DNA of 63,848 nucleotides from positions 1 through 63,848 of the forward strand of contig JABANN010000132.1 of the NCBI GenBank assembly GCA_013115125.1, in the 5' to 3' direction. The position numbers were made by a program, and so were the translations under genes. The stretch comes from Perkinsus olseni (Eukaryota). This document shows positions 28,046 through 41,351 of the stretch, in pieces. The notes below the pieces were generated by a model. It had not been told where the DNA came from. It did no database searches and saw nothing but the letters and a program-made list of their open reading frames with translations. Each line of letters starts with the position of its first letter. The first letter of the stretch is position 1.

Positions 28046-31000
28046 TCAAATTCGGAAGGCGGCGGTGGCCATAACCCCCCGGAGGTTGTCCAAGGAGGCC
28101 GCTATCTGATCAGCAACGCTCTGAGGTTCGCCTTCTGGGAGCATCCCTGCTTCGAGGAGGGCTCGCTGGACGCTGGGATTCAGGCTTGAGCCGTCAAGGC
28201 CGATCAACTGAGGGGTCACTATCAGAGCTCAGCAGGCCACGGACTGTCCTACTTGCTCGCACATATCACCGTCGATGACCCCAGCAGAGGGAGGCTGCAG
28301 CGGTTGCCGTTGACTCGGTCGGGTTGGACACACACAAGAGCGGAAGAGCCCTTCCAGGTACTGAGGACGGAGGAGCTCTAAGAGACGAGTGCTACTGCCA
28401 TGGGGTGGCCCTACCGAAAGGAACTGCGGAGAGTCGGCAAAGGACTCGATGTTGCCAGCCTGCGCCTGCTGCTTCCACGGACCACCGCTCATCGCCCCTC
28501 CGTGGTCCGGCAGCGGCACCAACACCCCTATGCTCCCTCGGACCTGACGCGGACAGGGTCTGTTAGGTAACGAGGGAGAGCAGCCATAATACAGTAGCGT
28601 AGACGACGCATTGTGGCAGGGCCCCGAGTAGGGAGGTCTCCACAGCGCACAGGGCTGTCGGGATATCACAACCTAACGTGATGTGGGCCAGGGGTTCGAA
28701 CTGAGAGACGAAAGCAGCAGCAAGCATGAAGGACTGCAGGAGGAGAAGGCACACGTACGCAAGCCGAGATCTCGAGGGGCATCCGCATGGGGTAGCCTGC
28801 AAGGTCGCTCTTCTCGTCAGCGGCGATGTGCCCAGGCACCCGCATGGTCGTCAGGCCTCCCCGCTTGTCACCCACAATGACCGTGTCCCGGTCGAACACA
28901 CATGCTGCGGCGAACTGAGCCCCCAGTTGGCCTCCGAACTCTCGGCATAGCGGCTGGATGGACCAATCCCGCGTCCTGCACGCACCAACCGTGATGACTC
29001 AGCAACGCGATATGGGAAAATTTTCGGGACTCCTAGACGAGAAGAGTAAGAGAGCAAAAATGCGGATACAAAAAAGAGACGGGTCTTTGACGTAGAAAAC
29101 TCTCGCTAGGTCTCTGAACTCTCTCACCTGATCCCATGCAGTTGCAGACCCCCTCGAGACCGTGCGGCCGAGTACACCCGGTCCGGACACTTGTCGTCAT
29201 GCTCGCAATGCAGCCAGATCGGCGGCTCTGTCTTGATCCAGGACTGCCGCGTCACCTGCAGTCGATCTCGGAAGTTGTACCTAGGCGATCCACATCCCTT
29301 AAGAACACCACAGGGGAGGCATCTTACAGCGCTACAGTGCCGTTGGCCAGACTGACCAGCAGGCCAGCGCCGTCGCCGTGCCCGGTCATGGTGATGATCG
29401 CTGCCTCCGTCGGCTGCTCCTTGGCCAGTTGCACCTCATACCGGCGATGTGTCATCGGGGCCGGCTCGAGCTCGAAGTAGGTGTACCTGAGACGCTGGTT
29501 CTGGTAGCAGTCTCGACGGCAGGGGCACCGACAATCGTATTGAGTAGCTGTCCGCCTCGCCCTCCTCGGTCCCTCTGCGGTGTATGCCCACTGCTAGCAC
29601 TGGAGGCTGCTGGGACACTAGGGCGGTCTTGGACACTACTGGACAGATGCAGAGGCACTCCTCGTTAGAGGCGAACTTGAGGGTCGCCAGCATAGTGAAC
29701 GTCCGCCCTCCCACGAGATGCAGTACGGAGCCTCCTTCGTCTGCCGTACCTGGCAGCAGGGAGTGAGCATCGCCGAGAATCGGTGACCCCTTCCCTCACC
29801 CTTAGCAGCAGAGTTCCTGGCCAGGACAGCTATAACGAACTCCCCAGGCTCCCCCTCTGGATGGGAGTCCAGCACGACTATCCTACGACCTGTCCTGCCC
29901 AGGGTAACCGGCTTGAGCAGGTCATGGAAGCCAACCCAGTGGCCGTCCAGAGGGAGCAGCAGGCTGCCCAGCACCATCGATGAGGACCCCGCGTCTTGGT
30001 CGCAGATGTAGACCACACCCCCTGTGGGGCATGCCTCCGTTACGTAAGGGGCCAGGAAGACGGGTACATCCACCCCGCAGCCGGTGGTCGGGACACACCA
30101 GTCCTCGCCAGGGCTTGCGGCGGCGCGACAGATGAACAGACTAGCGCCTAGTGCCACGGTCGTCTCGTCCGGCAACGTTGTGATCTGCCGCACTGGCTTA
30201 GGGCCGAGGAACCGCGACCGCTGCCTCCCTAGAGAGCCAACATCGGGGTCCACTGAGTACTTCATAAGGACACCGTTGGTAAGGCCAAGATAAAGAGAGT
30301 GCAGCCCTCCCATGCAGTTGATGTGGAGGCTCTCCACTGTACTGCTGACGTTGGCTACAGTGAGGGCCTGGAAGGAGAGCTGGCCTCCGGCTCCCTGCTG
30401 TTGCTCTTCGTAACGATACAGGGCCACCTTGCTGCCCCTCGTACATAAGGCAACCAGTCCATTGGCCGCGGACACGGTCATGATCTCGGTATCGGTATCG
30501 AAGCTGCCAACCTCATTAACTAAGCCCGGAGCGTCTACAGCCAGGCCTACCACTCGACCGCGATGGCGCACTTCGCCGTCCGCCAGGGCGACCAGGATGA
30601 GAGAGCCACCATCCCAGCAGGCAGCGGCGATACGGCAGCCTCGAGGAGGGTGCCAGTCGCCGCCCCTGGGCACCAGCTTACACTCAGCAGGGGTGACCTG
30701 TACCCCTTGACAGGCGAAGACGGTCGGCAGGCCGGTGACGAACTCCGCCTCGCCTGGCGGCACCTCGGCTACCCCGGAGCTGGTCAGCTGCAGGACTAGC
30801 GTGACGTCGACGAAGGAGATGAGCATGTACTTGGTACGGACCTCGTCCTCGATCGTGAATATAGCTGTAGCCCGGCCAGGCAGCGGGGTGGACCCCAGCT
30901 TGAGCATACCCACACCGTACCTAGGAGGGGCGATGAAGAGAGGAAGCTCCAGTGTGAAGTAGAACTCACCCTAAGGCTCGGAGTTGGGAGTGTTGACCTC

Positions 31001-32912
31001 GACCAGAGAGGACAAGGCACGCTGGCTGGCAGTGGCCAGGTGCAACGCCGTTGCTGCCGTTGGGGGAGCCAATGGCCGTGGTACCATCCGGAAGGGCCGT
31101 CTGACTTGTCGCTTGCCGGTCCAGCATCGATACCATCTGTTGCGCTATTCGTGTACTCGGTCACAACTAGTGGGTACGGCCTTACCTTGAGGTCAGTGAT
31201 GGGCCCTAGCGACGCCATCTCCTCGTCCTGATTCTCAATAGCGTACTCCGGTGGTATTTCCCCGGTCACTGGGTTCAGCAGTCGCAACAGCTGCGGTCCA
31301 TCACCACAAAGAGCCACTGCCGAGTCCAGTGTTGGCACCCAGGTCATCATTCGAACTGGCTGGGTAGCGTCCAGGGCCATCACGGCGCTAGACAGACCTT
31401 CAGAACTCGAGTAAATGTGGACCGCTCCGCTCGTTAAAACACACATAAAGCCATCACGGAAGGCCAACAGAGCCGTAGCTGAGGCACCCGTTGGTAGGGG
31501 AATGATAGTCGGGTCGGACTCTGGCGTGGCGAAGTCAACGATGACCAGTGCGGAGCCAGTAGTAGCCACCGCACACCTACCATCCGCGACCTGAAACGAA
31601 TAAACTCCGCTCCGCCGTCCCTGCCGAGCCGCCCACTCACCGGCTCACAGAAGGCCGAGTCCTGGACGGAGCGAGCTGTCACGCTTTGTGACTGATCCGC
31701 ATCCCACATGTATCTTGCGTGAGTTACTGCGAAGTCTCCATGCCATCACCGCCTACCTCACTACACCCTCCTCTATTCGTTCCGAGCCATCCGTAGCTTG
31801 CCACTTTGCCAGACAGGCCAGGCCAGACGCTCCCGCCAACGGCTTTGCATCGAACACCACCAAATTGGACTCTGAAAATGGCCCACCCACATTTTCTCAG
31901 TATCCCCGTCCGAGCCCCTCTGCTGTGCGCCAACGCACACACTTCGCGTGCTCTCCAGACGATACAAGCGCAGGTCGGCCCGGTACTACGATCGGCTATT
32001 TTGTCCATCCTGACGAGCTCCTCGGTTTTCCCGTGAGCCTCTCCGTAGATGCCCATACTCTCATCCTCCCCTTCCGCAGCAGTACCACCAGTGGGGGCGT
32101 AGAAGACCAAATGCCCCACAGTGTCCAGGGTGGCGAAGGATCGGCCACCCTCTGCTGCGGCGAAGGGAAAGACGTACCTGAAGAAGCATATCCTACTCGA
32201 AGATGACAGCGAGGATGACACGTGACCGGCTTGGCGGCCAACGGTTCCCACCCATCGACCCGGAGTACACGATCGCTAGAGACCCCCTCGAAGACAGTCA
32301 TTGGCCATGGACACAACCCTTCCATGCATTTACTCCAATTTCACTGGGGGGTGTCCCAACGATCCAGTCTGTACTGTAAATTCCGTTCCTCTTGGGCGTT
32401 AGTAGAGCCGTGAACGACCCTCTAAGGTGATACAGGAGGAATGCCTTACATTGGTGCCGTGAGTTGGTCCTGCAAGGCGGACCCCATCCCCGTGGCGACT
32501 TGATTCGGCCGTGAAGCTCTGAACTCCACCACCATCAGCACACAGGAGGACTCCGTGACAATCCGTAGGCCCACTACGGTCCCACACACACATAAAGCCA
32601 GAATAAGATCATCTCCACTGCATGAGAGATGCCGCACCTGTAAGACGCTGGATACTATGTCCGACCAACCTCCCTGCCCTGTACTACCTCCGAGCTCAGA
32701 TCCCTGACCGACGCCCTGACGAGCTTGGTCTCGTCTAAGCTGGCGAGCGTTCCTGCGGCGGAATTGGCAGCATCATCGCCCTCATCAGTCGACCGTGTAG
32801 GTGTCTTCCAGTACTCCACTCGACTCCCCTTGGCTACCACTACAGCACTCTGCCCTACTGCGCACAGGGAGGTGACCAGGGAGGAGTCCAGTAGTGTTAA
32901 CTTGTAGAACAT
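28046..32912 (-). CDS. Divergent SF3B3/Rse1-like (DDB1/CPSF-A family) beta-propeller protein, multi-exon
   Basis: Start MFYKLTLLDSSLV; LGPITDLKV; PLPGRATAIFTI...YMLISFVDVTLVL; LYLGLTNGVL...DVGSLGRQRSRFLGPKPV; DRDTVIVGDKRG; GVIDGDMCEQ near the C-terminus. Confidence 0.72.
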
Positions 32913-33211
32913 TATACAGCCACCAACGAGGAGGAGGGGGGGAGACCACCTCTACTGGAACAGCCGGTGGGGATTCACTACAGCACAACAGTAAGCGTAA
33001 GATGGAAAGGTATATTGAGACTGACTGTCATACACCTAAACGGAGCCAACCTCCCTATAAAAGGGCCGGCTGGGCTTATCCCGCGGCGTCGTGAGCGAGG
33101 ATCGGTGATGATCCCCCAAGGAGAAAATGGACGACCCATCGTGTAATACTACGGCTATTAACAATCTCTTTAATGTACTTGTTGGGCCGAGTAAAAAATC
33201 GGAATAAATAG

Positions 33212-35759
33212 TTACTTCGCTCCGCTAGCAGCAGCAGAATGATACTCTCTACTGTCGTACTCCTTCTCCTTCTTCCCTTCAGCATCACCCTCATCCATAC
33301 CATAACTTGCCCGACGCTTGTAGACCAGCATGTACACCGAGGCTGCTGTCTCCCACACGATAGGACCGAACCTCAATCCGATGTGCACTGTAGTATCGTC
33401 GAATGACACGAACCTGTCCTCAAGGCTGCCGCTGCTCCGCACGTACGAGACGTAGTGGCCGAGGTCACAGGACTGCCCCTCGTGGCAAACGACACCTACA
33501 AGCTCGTACAGGATCGGCGAACCTATCCTGTTCTCAGTAAAAGGTCGTGCGTTCAAATCCTGGCAGTAGAGGAATTTTCCGGTAGTTTTCTTGCGGCCAT
33601 CCTCAGCGAAGCGCTGAAGAACGAAGACCAGCACCGGCGGGAGCTTCTCCGATTCCAGCCAGCTCCGTCGTATGGCCGTACCATTCCTAGTAGCCCGACC
33701 ACAACCACACTTAACCTCGCCGTCCACAATACTGGGCTTACCAAACATCTCCGTCAGTGCCGAGCGGAGGTCGCCACAGTCGCACATCGGAACCGGTAGG
33801 GCCGTGAAAGCGTCGCTCGATACCAATGTACTATGGCTGCAGGTGAAGTCGGGGCAGTCTACCTGGGTCGTACACTTCGTCTCACCGCACATCATTTGCT
33901 CCAGAGAGCTTCCCTTGCCGTCATTTTCGCGAGAGAGTCCATCCAGTAACTTCAATAGGAACTCACTAGCGTCCATCTCTTGATCCAAAGGCAGCCCAAG
34001 CATCTTCAGCAGCCCCTCGGCATTCACCACCCGCGGCTCCGAGGCTGTAAGATCACTCACTATCTCCGAGAACGCCTTAGTGATGGGCCCCCTTCCGATG
34101 TCATCTAAAATGCCCGGTAGCCGGGATAGAACCTGCAACGTTGCGTTGGCATAACACAGCGTTCCCGTGTTGACCATTCCTCCCGCCTTCCTCTGCGGCG
34201 ATGCAACCCCCTCCTCATCGTACGAGGCCGGCGTATCAGTACGCAGCCTATCGGTAGTGGGCGGCACCGTCGTCGAGGCCATCGATCGATACGCTTCCGG
34301 CAACAAGTCCAACGTAGAGCCAGGCTTCCCCTTCAGCGGAGGTGCTGACGGCTCCTCGGCCATCACTGGTGAAACCTCTTCACCTTCAGAAGGAGTGAAG
34401 ACCTCCTCGGCCGGGGCCGCCGTCGACCGAGGAGACGTGCGGATCTCCGGTGGCTTCTGGGGAGGCGCTCGTGGAGGTACTCGCGGCTGTGGACGTGACA
34501 CCATGGGCGGGGAGTAGTGCAGCAAGTCTGACGAATACACCCCTCATGAAGCGACTCACTAGACGGAATATTACCACATGCCTGCCTGAGGAGGTTGATA
34601 TTCTGATCAGTGCCCAGCGTACGGACAGCCCGAAAGGCTTGCTCCAGACCACAGCGCACCAAGGTGAGCCTCAACGCCGTCATATCCTTCACGTCGAAGC
34701 AGGCGTCATACAGCTGAACAACGAGAAAGCAAATACCGCCTCGCCCCGACCACCCATCCACAAGCCACGGACCGCCGTCCCTATTACCTTCCTTATGTTC
34801 TCAGCAAAGGCCTCCCTACTACCGAACCTGAGCTCCCTCAGAGCCACCGCTGCCTTCATCCGGTTCATGCCTTGCTCTCCTCGCCGCACTGGCTTCTCAT
34901 GGCAGCTAAGGTACCGAACCAATCGTCCGGTGAACTTCACCATCGTCTCCGTATCTTCCTTAGAAATACTATCGTAGTACATGCTGACAGACCTCGGCAG
35001 ATCCTCGACCAAGGCCTCCCCTGCCCGCTCTAAGAACGGCTTAGGGAAGCGACAAGTGACTATGTCGTGATGCCGCTGCTTCTGGCAGATGTGCTCCTCC
35101 ATAGCGACCGCTAGTATCCGCATAGAGGCGATAGCCCGGTCGGGCGTGAAGAGATCATGGTAGACCCACGGAGCCAGATAGACGTTAACCTCACAGTGCT
35201 GCTGGAAGCCCGCCAAGCTCACCAGGCCTGGCGGCAAGTACTCTACCTGCCCCTCCGCAGCCGACATGGCTACGTAAGCGTAGGCATCAGAAGCTACGAG
35301 ATCGAAGTCTCGAGGAAGGTGCCGGAGAGCAGTCCGCTCAGCAATGTGAAACCACTGGCGGCGAAGGTCGTCCATAGACATAGCCCTATTGAAGGATGCG
35401 GGCTTAAGACTTGCCCCGTCATTCTTCAGGGTCAGCCTTTGATTCATCATGAACTCCCCCAGCCTGCCCTCTGGGTCTACGTTCGACAGCGTCTCCAGCA
35501 GCCACATGGCCGAGAGGTCCGATTTCCTTCCCAAAGTTGGGTTCATCATCACTCGAGCCAGCACAGCGCATAATGAGGAGATGAGCGGCAAAAGCCGAGC
35601 CGCACTCGTAGTGGATCTGACTATGTCATCAAAGTCCTCATAGATGACCCGAAGGACCCTGGCTGTTTCCGCCGGCCTAAATTGCCCTTTGAGGAGGTCC
35701 AGCAGTTCCGCATTATATTTACTCAGCAGGGGATAGACGGTTGAAGTAGGTCTTGACAT
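33212..35759 (-). CDS. Ubiquitin-specific protease (C19/USP) with a long unrecognised N-terminal region
   Basis: Cys box GMVNTGTLCYANATLQVL, QEMDASEF, VLVFVLQRF, His box YELVGVVCHEG...GHYVSYV...FDD, YMLVYKR. Upstream ORF 34689-35759 can be joined in frame by two GT-AG introns. Confidence 0.85.
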
Positions 35760-36459
35760 GCAGCTGCAGCGCGCGAAGGCGACGCCGACTTACGATAAAT
35801 TATACTGACTAACAACGCAACTTCAGTCTGATCAACAACCAGCACGCACGCGACAACAAAGCGGTCACGCGCCATGAAATACCGCGCTCGCCCTAAATCT
35901 CCGCCTCGCCCACCTCATGAGGACCCGCGATTCTGGGGAGCGTCGAATGAGGGTGGTGGTCGGGATTCCCCGGTACGAATTAGTAATTGAACCTGCCATA
36001 CCCATACGCCCCACTTGCTGGTCACTCGGTATTGGTCGGGCCCTTCCCTGCTGCACACCAGAGGGTGACCCTCTCACCACCTAACTCTCGGTGTTTCAGC
36101 TATCGTTGGTGGCCAACGGTTGGTCCTGGGCCTACTTGATCCTCTTTTCACCTTTTTCCTCTCTCTGCGTAGCTGCATGACGTGGCTGTGCCGAAGTTTC
36201 TCTCAAGACCATCCAAGCCAATTATGGAAGATTGATTAACCTCGGTAGTTTTAAGGCTGTGTGGTCGGGTCTAACCATATCGACATCAGCTTGTCCGAAT
36301 CGTGTGAAGGGTGATAAGCTATGAGCTCGTGATGCTCGGTAATAAAGTTTGAACCGAATTTGGACTACGATCGGCGCAACACAAGCTGGACGACTTTATG
36401 ACGTCAAGTTATCACTCACAGCGTCCATACATCATGACATGGCAACAACAATGCAACTA

Positions 36460-38863
36460 GAGATCCCTACAACCTCCTCCAACACGACTTCCACCTTGCC
36501 AATGTTTTTCGTACCCTTCCTAATCTCTCGCCTCCGAGACGTTGGAAGTAGCAGACGTTACGGATAAACAATTGATTCGGATCATTCGCTTCCGTCAGAT
36601 ATCGCTGAGTCTCCGCGTTTCTCTCATGCAGACCTTGTAGGGCATTTAAAGACACCCCGTAGTAGAGCCACTGTATGTACTTGGTCACAACGTCGATGGA
36701 GGAGGCGAGAGAAGGCGGCAATCGGAAACCCGTGTATCCGACCTTCGACAAGGACTCGAAGGGCAGCCAACGTGTCTCGAAGAGTCTAAAAACAAGGACA
36801 CGGCAGCAACTATGACGGTAGCTCATACGGGTATGTCCACTCAGTCATTACAATGGCCCGTCTCGAAATGCAAACTCCTCCTGAGCAGGAGTCTTGAGCC
36901 CATCCGGCCCGTCGGTCGGGCACTTATAAGATTTCAGGCGGAGGAAGTTGTCCTCGACTCGGAACCGGATTGAATCACCGTTGTGGGAGACCTTGTAAAC
37001 CGTGTCGTCGCCAATCACTGCCTTGACCTGATGAGCATAAGAGATGTACCCCGGGCCGAGGATCAAGCGTGGAAATCCACCTTTAGGTTGCCAGGAGCGG
37101 GCAGGGTGGACTGCCCAGAGTGAGAAGGTAACGCCCAAGAGACCATCTGAGTACGAAAATAGCTTGCTGGGCAGCACGTATCATGCACGCTATGCAAAGT
37201 ACTTCGTGCGAGAGTCGAGAAACTTACTGTGATGGTGGCGGAAAGGTCACCATCGGCCATTTTGTTGGCTTCCACGAAAGGGACAGTCCAAAGATTAGAA
37301 AACTTCATTAACATCTCGACCGAGGCTCAAAGCGCCTCAGCTGAAGCACCTCCCATTGGCCTGGTCTCTGTAGGACGCGACTGCCTTGAAGGTATTGGTG
37401 AGCACCGAGTCCACCCTTCGCGCTCAGCTTTACATCCTCCGTCACCATCCTGCACAAGCTATTCACGATAATATCAGCCGGCGTGTTAGCTTGTGTGCCG
37501 AGAGAGGTCATATTAGCTCCAGCGACGAGGAGCCGGAAGGATTCCTCAATAGACGATGAGCGTCTTATCGTGAAGACTTTCGCATCAACTGGAGCATCGC
37601 GCAAACCAGACAGCTGTAGCTTGAACCTCCTGAGGTCGGGGACAGGTCATCACGCTGTGCTACCACGATAGCCGAGATAGGCTCGGAAAAAAGATCCTCA
37701 CACATCTACGTGTAAACGGCAGCAGGTAACGTGAAAGAGCTGAAACTCCCCTGCCCACAGCGTGGCGAGCGAACTGAAGCTGGTCCATTGCGAATAGGAC
37801 CCAAGACAGGATGCACCCCTTACGATAGCCCCTCTGGGAAGAGGTAAGCAGTCACACGCGGCTCGAATGCCATGGTCCGTGGGTTCGCGTCGGGACACAC
37901 CATCTCTGACACCGTGAGAGGATCAGCGTATTCACCGTGCTCAAAGATGACTTGATAGATGCCGGAAACCACACGAGTAGTATTCTAAGACGAAAAAATC
38001 GTATTATCAGCCGACCAACGTCCTCCAAGATCGAATAGATCAAGCACGTTTTAACAGCATCTTCACAGCCCAGTCAGTGGCTTTGTTAGTGTCAGCAGGA
38101 GATGAAAGAAAGTTAAGGATGCAGCATACTGAGATACGCCACAGTACTGACGTCACCACTCCGAAAGGATCTGTTATCTTCCTAGCGCTAGCTACAAGAA
38201 CTTTTGCGTCATTGCTGTATCACGACTCGTAACGTACGTCTACCTTTGCACTTTCCTAGTACGACTAGCGGGCCTACTATTGACCGCCCGGCGCAACCTG
38301 CATACGGCAGTTAGAGGACAGTTCGTTCAGTGCTCACACGCCGTGTGACACACGGCACTCAAAACCCCAGTAACTCCCAGTTATCAGAGTTACATGCCCC
38401 CGACAGAAGTGTCGCCGTGATGCCTCACTGGGCAGGGGCTCTCGTGGAGCCCGAACGGAAACTGTCGTCAGTGACAAACTCGTGAAGACTTACCGGTATC
38501 TTCAGGTCACTTTCCTTGAGGCCAGAAAGAAAGGCTACTGTCGATGAGTTGAGCACTCCACTCTGAAAAGGGGGGATGGCAGCGGAGGGACTAGGGGGTG
38601 CCCTAGTTGTTCCCACCCGGAGCACATCGTCTCTGATAGTCCTATTGACGAGTACGGGCGAGAAGCTCGGTTGCTTGGCCTCATCCTCTACGCTCTAAAC
38701 AGCGGAAGGTTGCCAGCAGACAGGGTTTTGATATCGACCAAAACAAAGATGTTGCTCTACAAAAAAATTGACTCACCTGAGTGGACGACTTCAGTGCGAG
38801 AGCTAAGGCGGGAAGGACGATGAGAAACAAGGAGCGCCGCCAGAAGGTGACGAGGAGGTGCAT
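36460..38863 (-). CDS. Spliced secreted lineage-specific protein, family B paralogue 1; 3' end approximate
   Basis: Signal-like exon MHLLVTFWRRSLFLIVLPALALALKSSTQ|. Shares PSFS..LVNR.IR.DVLRV, RRFKLQLSGLR.AP...FTIRRSSSIEES, F.VEDNFLRLKSYKC and TRWLPFESLSKVGYTGFRLPPSLASS with paralogue 2. Confidence 0.65.
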
Positions 38864-39149
38864 CGTATAGTAAGTAAGTCTGACAAATGTGACTGTTGAA
38901 CACTCAGCCACCTCCTGCAGGCCTTCCATTCTTCATCGGGTGAACATGCCGAGGATAGGCTCCCGTGGACCACGGAAAAATATAACCCTATCGCCCCACA
39001 CAGTAGTTGAAGACACAAGTTGTGCGCCTCGAGGACGCCGTGTAGAGCATAACAGCGGTCGCACATCAAATGAAGACAGCAACACCACAATAAGAAAATT
39101 AACGAGCATGTGAGATATGGAGAAGTCTCCAAATCATAATCTTTCAACT

Positions 39150-41351
39150 TTTCACAAATTTTCTGAAGCTTGACCGGTACCGAGCCCAAGTTTTGGCCAC
39201 TCCTCCCTGGTTATCGGTCCTTATACGACGGTAGTAGCATATGTTACGGATAAACAGTTGATTCGGATCATTCGCTTCTGTCAGATACCGCTGATTCGCC
39301 GCGTTTCTCTCATGCAGACCTTGTAGGGCATTTAAAGACACCCCATAATAAAGCCACTGTATGTACTTGGTCACAACGTCGGTGGAGGAGGCGAGAGAAG
39401 GCGGCAAGCGGAAACCCGTGTATCCGACCTTCGACAAGGACTCAAAGGGCAGCCAACGTGTGTCGAAGATTCTGAAAAAGGGGACGCACTCGAGCGAGTG
39501 GTACGGAAGTTTGAAGCTTCCACAAAAAAGTAAGTTTCTGGTTGTGAAAGTTTCACAGGTGCGTCCAGAAAAAGTGCAGCCAGACTTCGTGCTGTTCACA
39601 CCGAGGACGAGAAAGAGACAGTCATTACAATGGCCCGCCTCTGACTCCAAACATCTTCTGAGCAGGAGTCTTGAGTCCATCAAGCCCGTCGGGCGAGCAC
39701 TTATAGGACTTCAGGCGGAGGAAGTTGTCCTCGACTTTGAACTGGATTGAATCGCCGTTGTGGGAGATCTTGTAAAGCATATCCTCATCGACTACTACTT
39801 TCACCTGATGGAAATAATCTTCAACTACCGATGATGCTCGGCAGGATACGCAGCGGTGTACTCTTAGGTCATTAGCGTTGGGCAGGTTGAATTTCTTCGG
39901 ATGGGTAGGAAGAGTCAGCGAAGCCATCTGAGAATCATAGACACGTCACGGGGAACGAGGAGACTGATTTGATACACCGCCATGTGTCTGGCCTATGCGC
40001 TGACGAGATGCCTACCAGCACAGTAGCGGAAACGCTCGTGTCGATCATCTTTTGGGCTTCCACGAAGGGAATGGTCTGATGATAGTAGTAGTAGTAGCGA
40101 GCGTGACTCATGACTATAGCGATAAGTCGAGGAGGAGAAGGAGAAGCACCTTCCAGTCGCCTGATCGCTGCAGGACTCGAGTTCCTTGTCCGTGATGGTG
40201 AAAGTTGACGCCGTCTTTCTCGCCCAGCTGTACATCTTCCTGTACCATCTTGCACAAGCTCTTCACGATGATATCAGCAGGCGAGCCACGTTGAGAGGCT
40301 TCTGCACCCGCTCCGGCGAGGAGGAGGTCATAGGATTCCTCAATGGACGATGAGCGTCTTATCGTGAAGACTTGTGGCTCAGTTGGAGCACCACGCAATC
40401 CAGACAGCTGTAGCTTGAACCTCCTGAGGGCGATGACCACAATTTAGCGGCCAGGATCTACCCGAGGCGCGATGAGCCATTCGCCATGATCCACGTGGCT
40501 CTTTCGAAGGAAGCAAACGGTAGCGTTCACAATAGCCTGGCCTTTCGGATGAAACTAGGTGCTCTGGTGGCCCTCCTTACGACAGGCATTCTGGGAAGAT
40601 ATACACAGAAACGTATTGGCCAAAAGCTGCAGGGCGTCGACTCCTCTCGGGGCAAACCATCTCCGACACCGTGAAGGGGTCACCGTAGCCTCCCTCTCGA
40701 AAGATGACCTCGTAAATACCGGAAACGACCCGTGTAGTATCCTGAGATACATCATACTTGGGACTTCACGCCTGCTTGTTGCCTCTACAACAAACACGAG
40801 AAATGGCCAGTAGACCAACCACGGCGGGGCAACATCCTCGAACACCAAATTGGCTCTTTCGGGCTCTTTCAGAGCTAGCAAATTGGTGCCCACGGATGAC
40901 CTCGTAAAATGGAGAGAAAGGCTAGCACCAGACGAAGAGATTCTCCGCCCAGCCTCATCCCCATCCACAAGGACTCACCGGCACGGATGTGAGGGCGCTC
41001 TCTGGGAGGCCAGAAAGATAGGCGATAGTGGACGAGTTGAGAACTCCGCTCTAAAGGAGAAGGACGAGGTCGATGCGGACGGCTAGGATCCAGCTTATCG
41101 CACTCTTAGAACATCTTCTCTGATAGCCCTGTTTACGAGAATGTTGGAGAAGCTCGGTAGGTGGCTGACCTCTTTTCCAGCCTGAAGAGTGTCAGTACAA
41201 GATACAATAATTGCACGCATGGCAAGGGAGGAGCCGCTCCTACGGGATGACCACACTGACGAGATTCCCTGAAAAATCGACTCACCTGAGTGGTTGACCC
41301 CACGGCCAGAGCCAATGCCAGACAGATGATGGGTAGTGAACTCGGGAGCAT
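39150..41351 (-). CDS. Spliced secreted lineage-specific protein, family B paralogue 2; 3' end approximate
   Basis: Signal-like exon MLPSSLPIICLALALAVGSTTQ|; exon series collinear with paralogue 1. Confidence 0.65.

Noticed and set aside
22461-35759. Many 60-180-aa antisense or alternative-frame ORFs in the track
   Set aside because: They are shadows of GC-rich real coding regions and carry no independent motifs.
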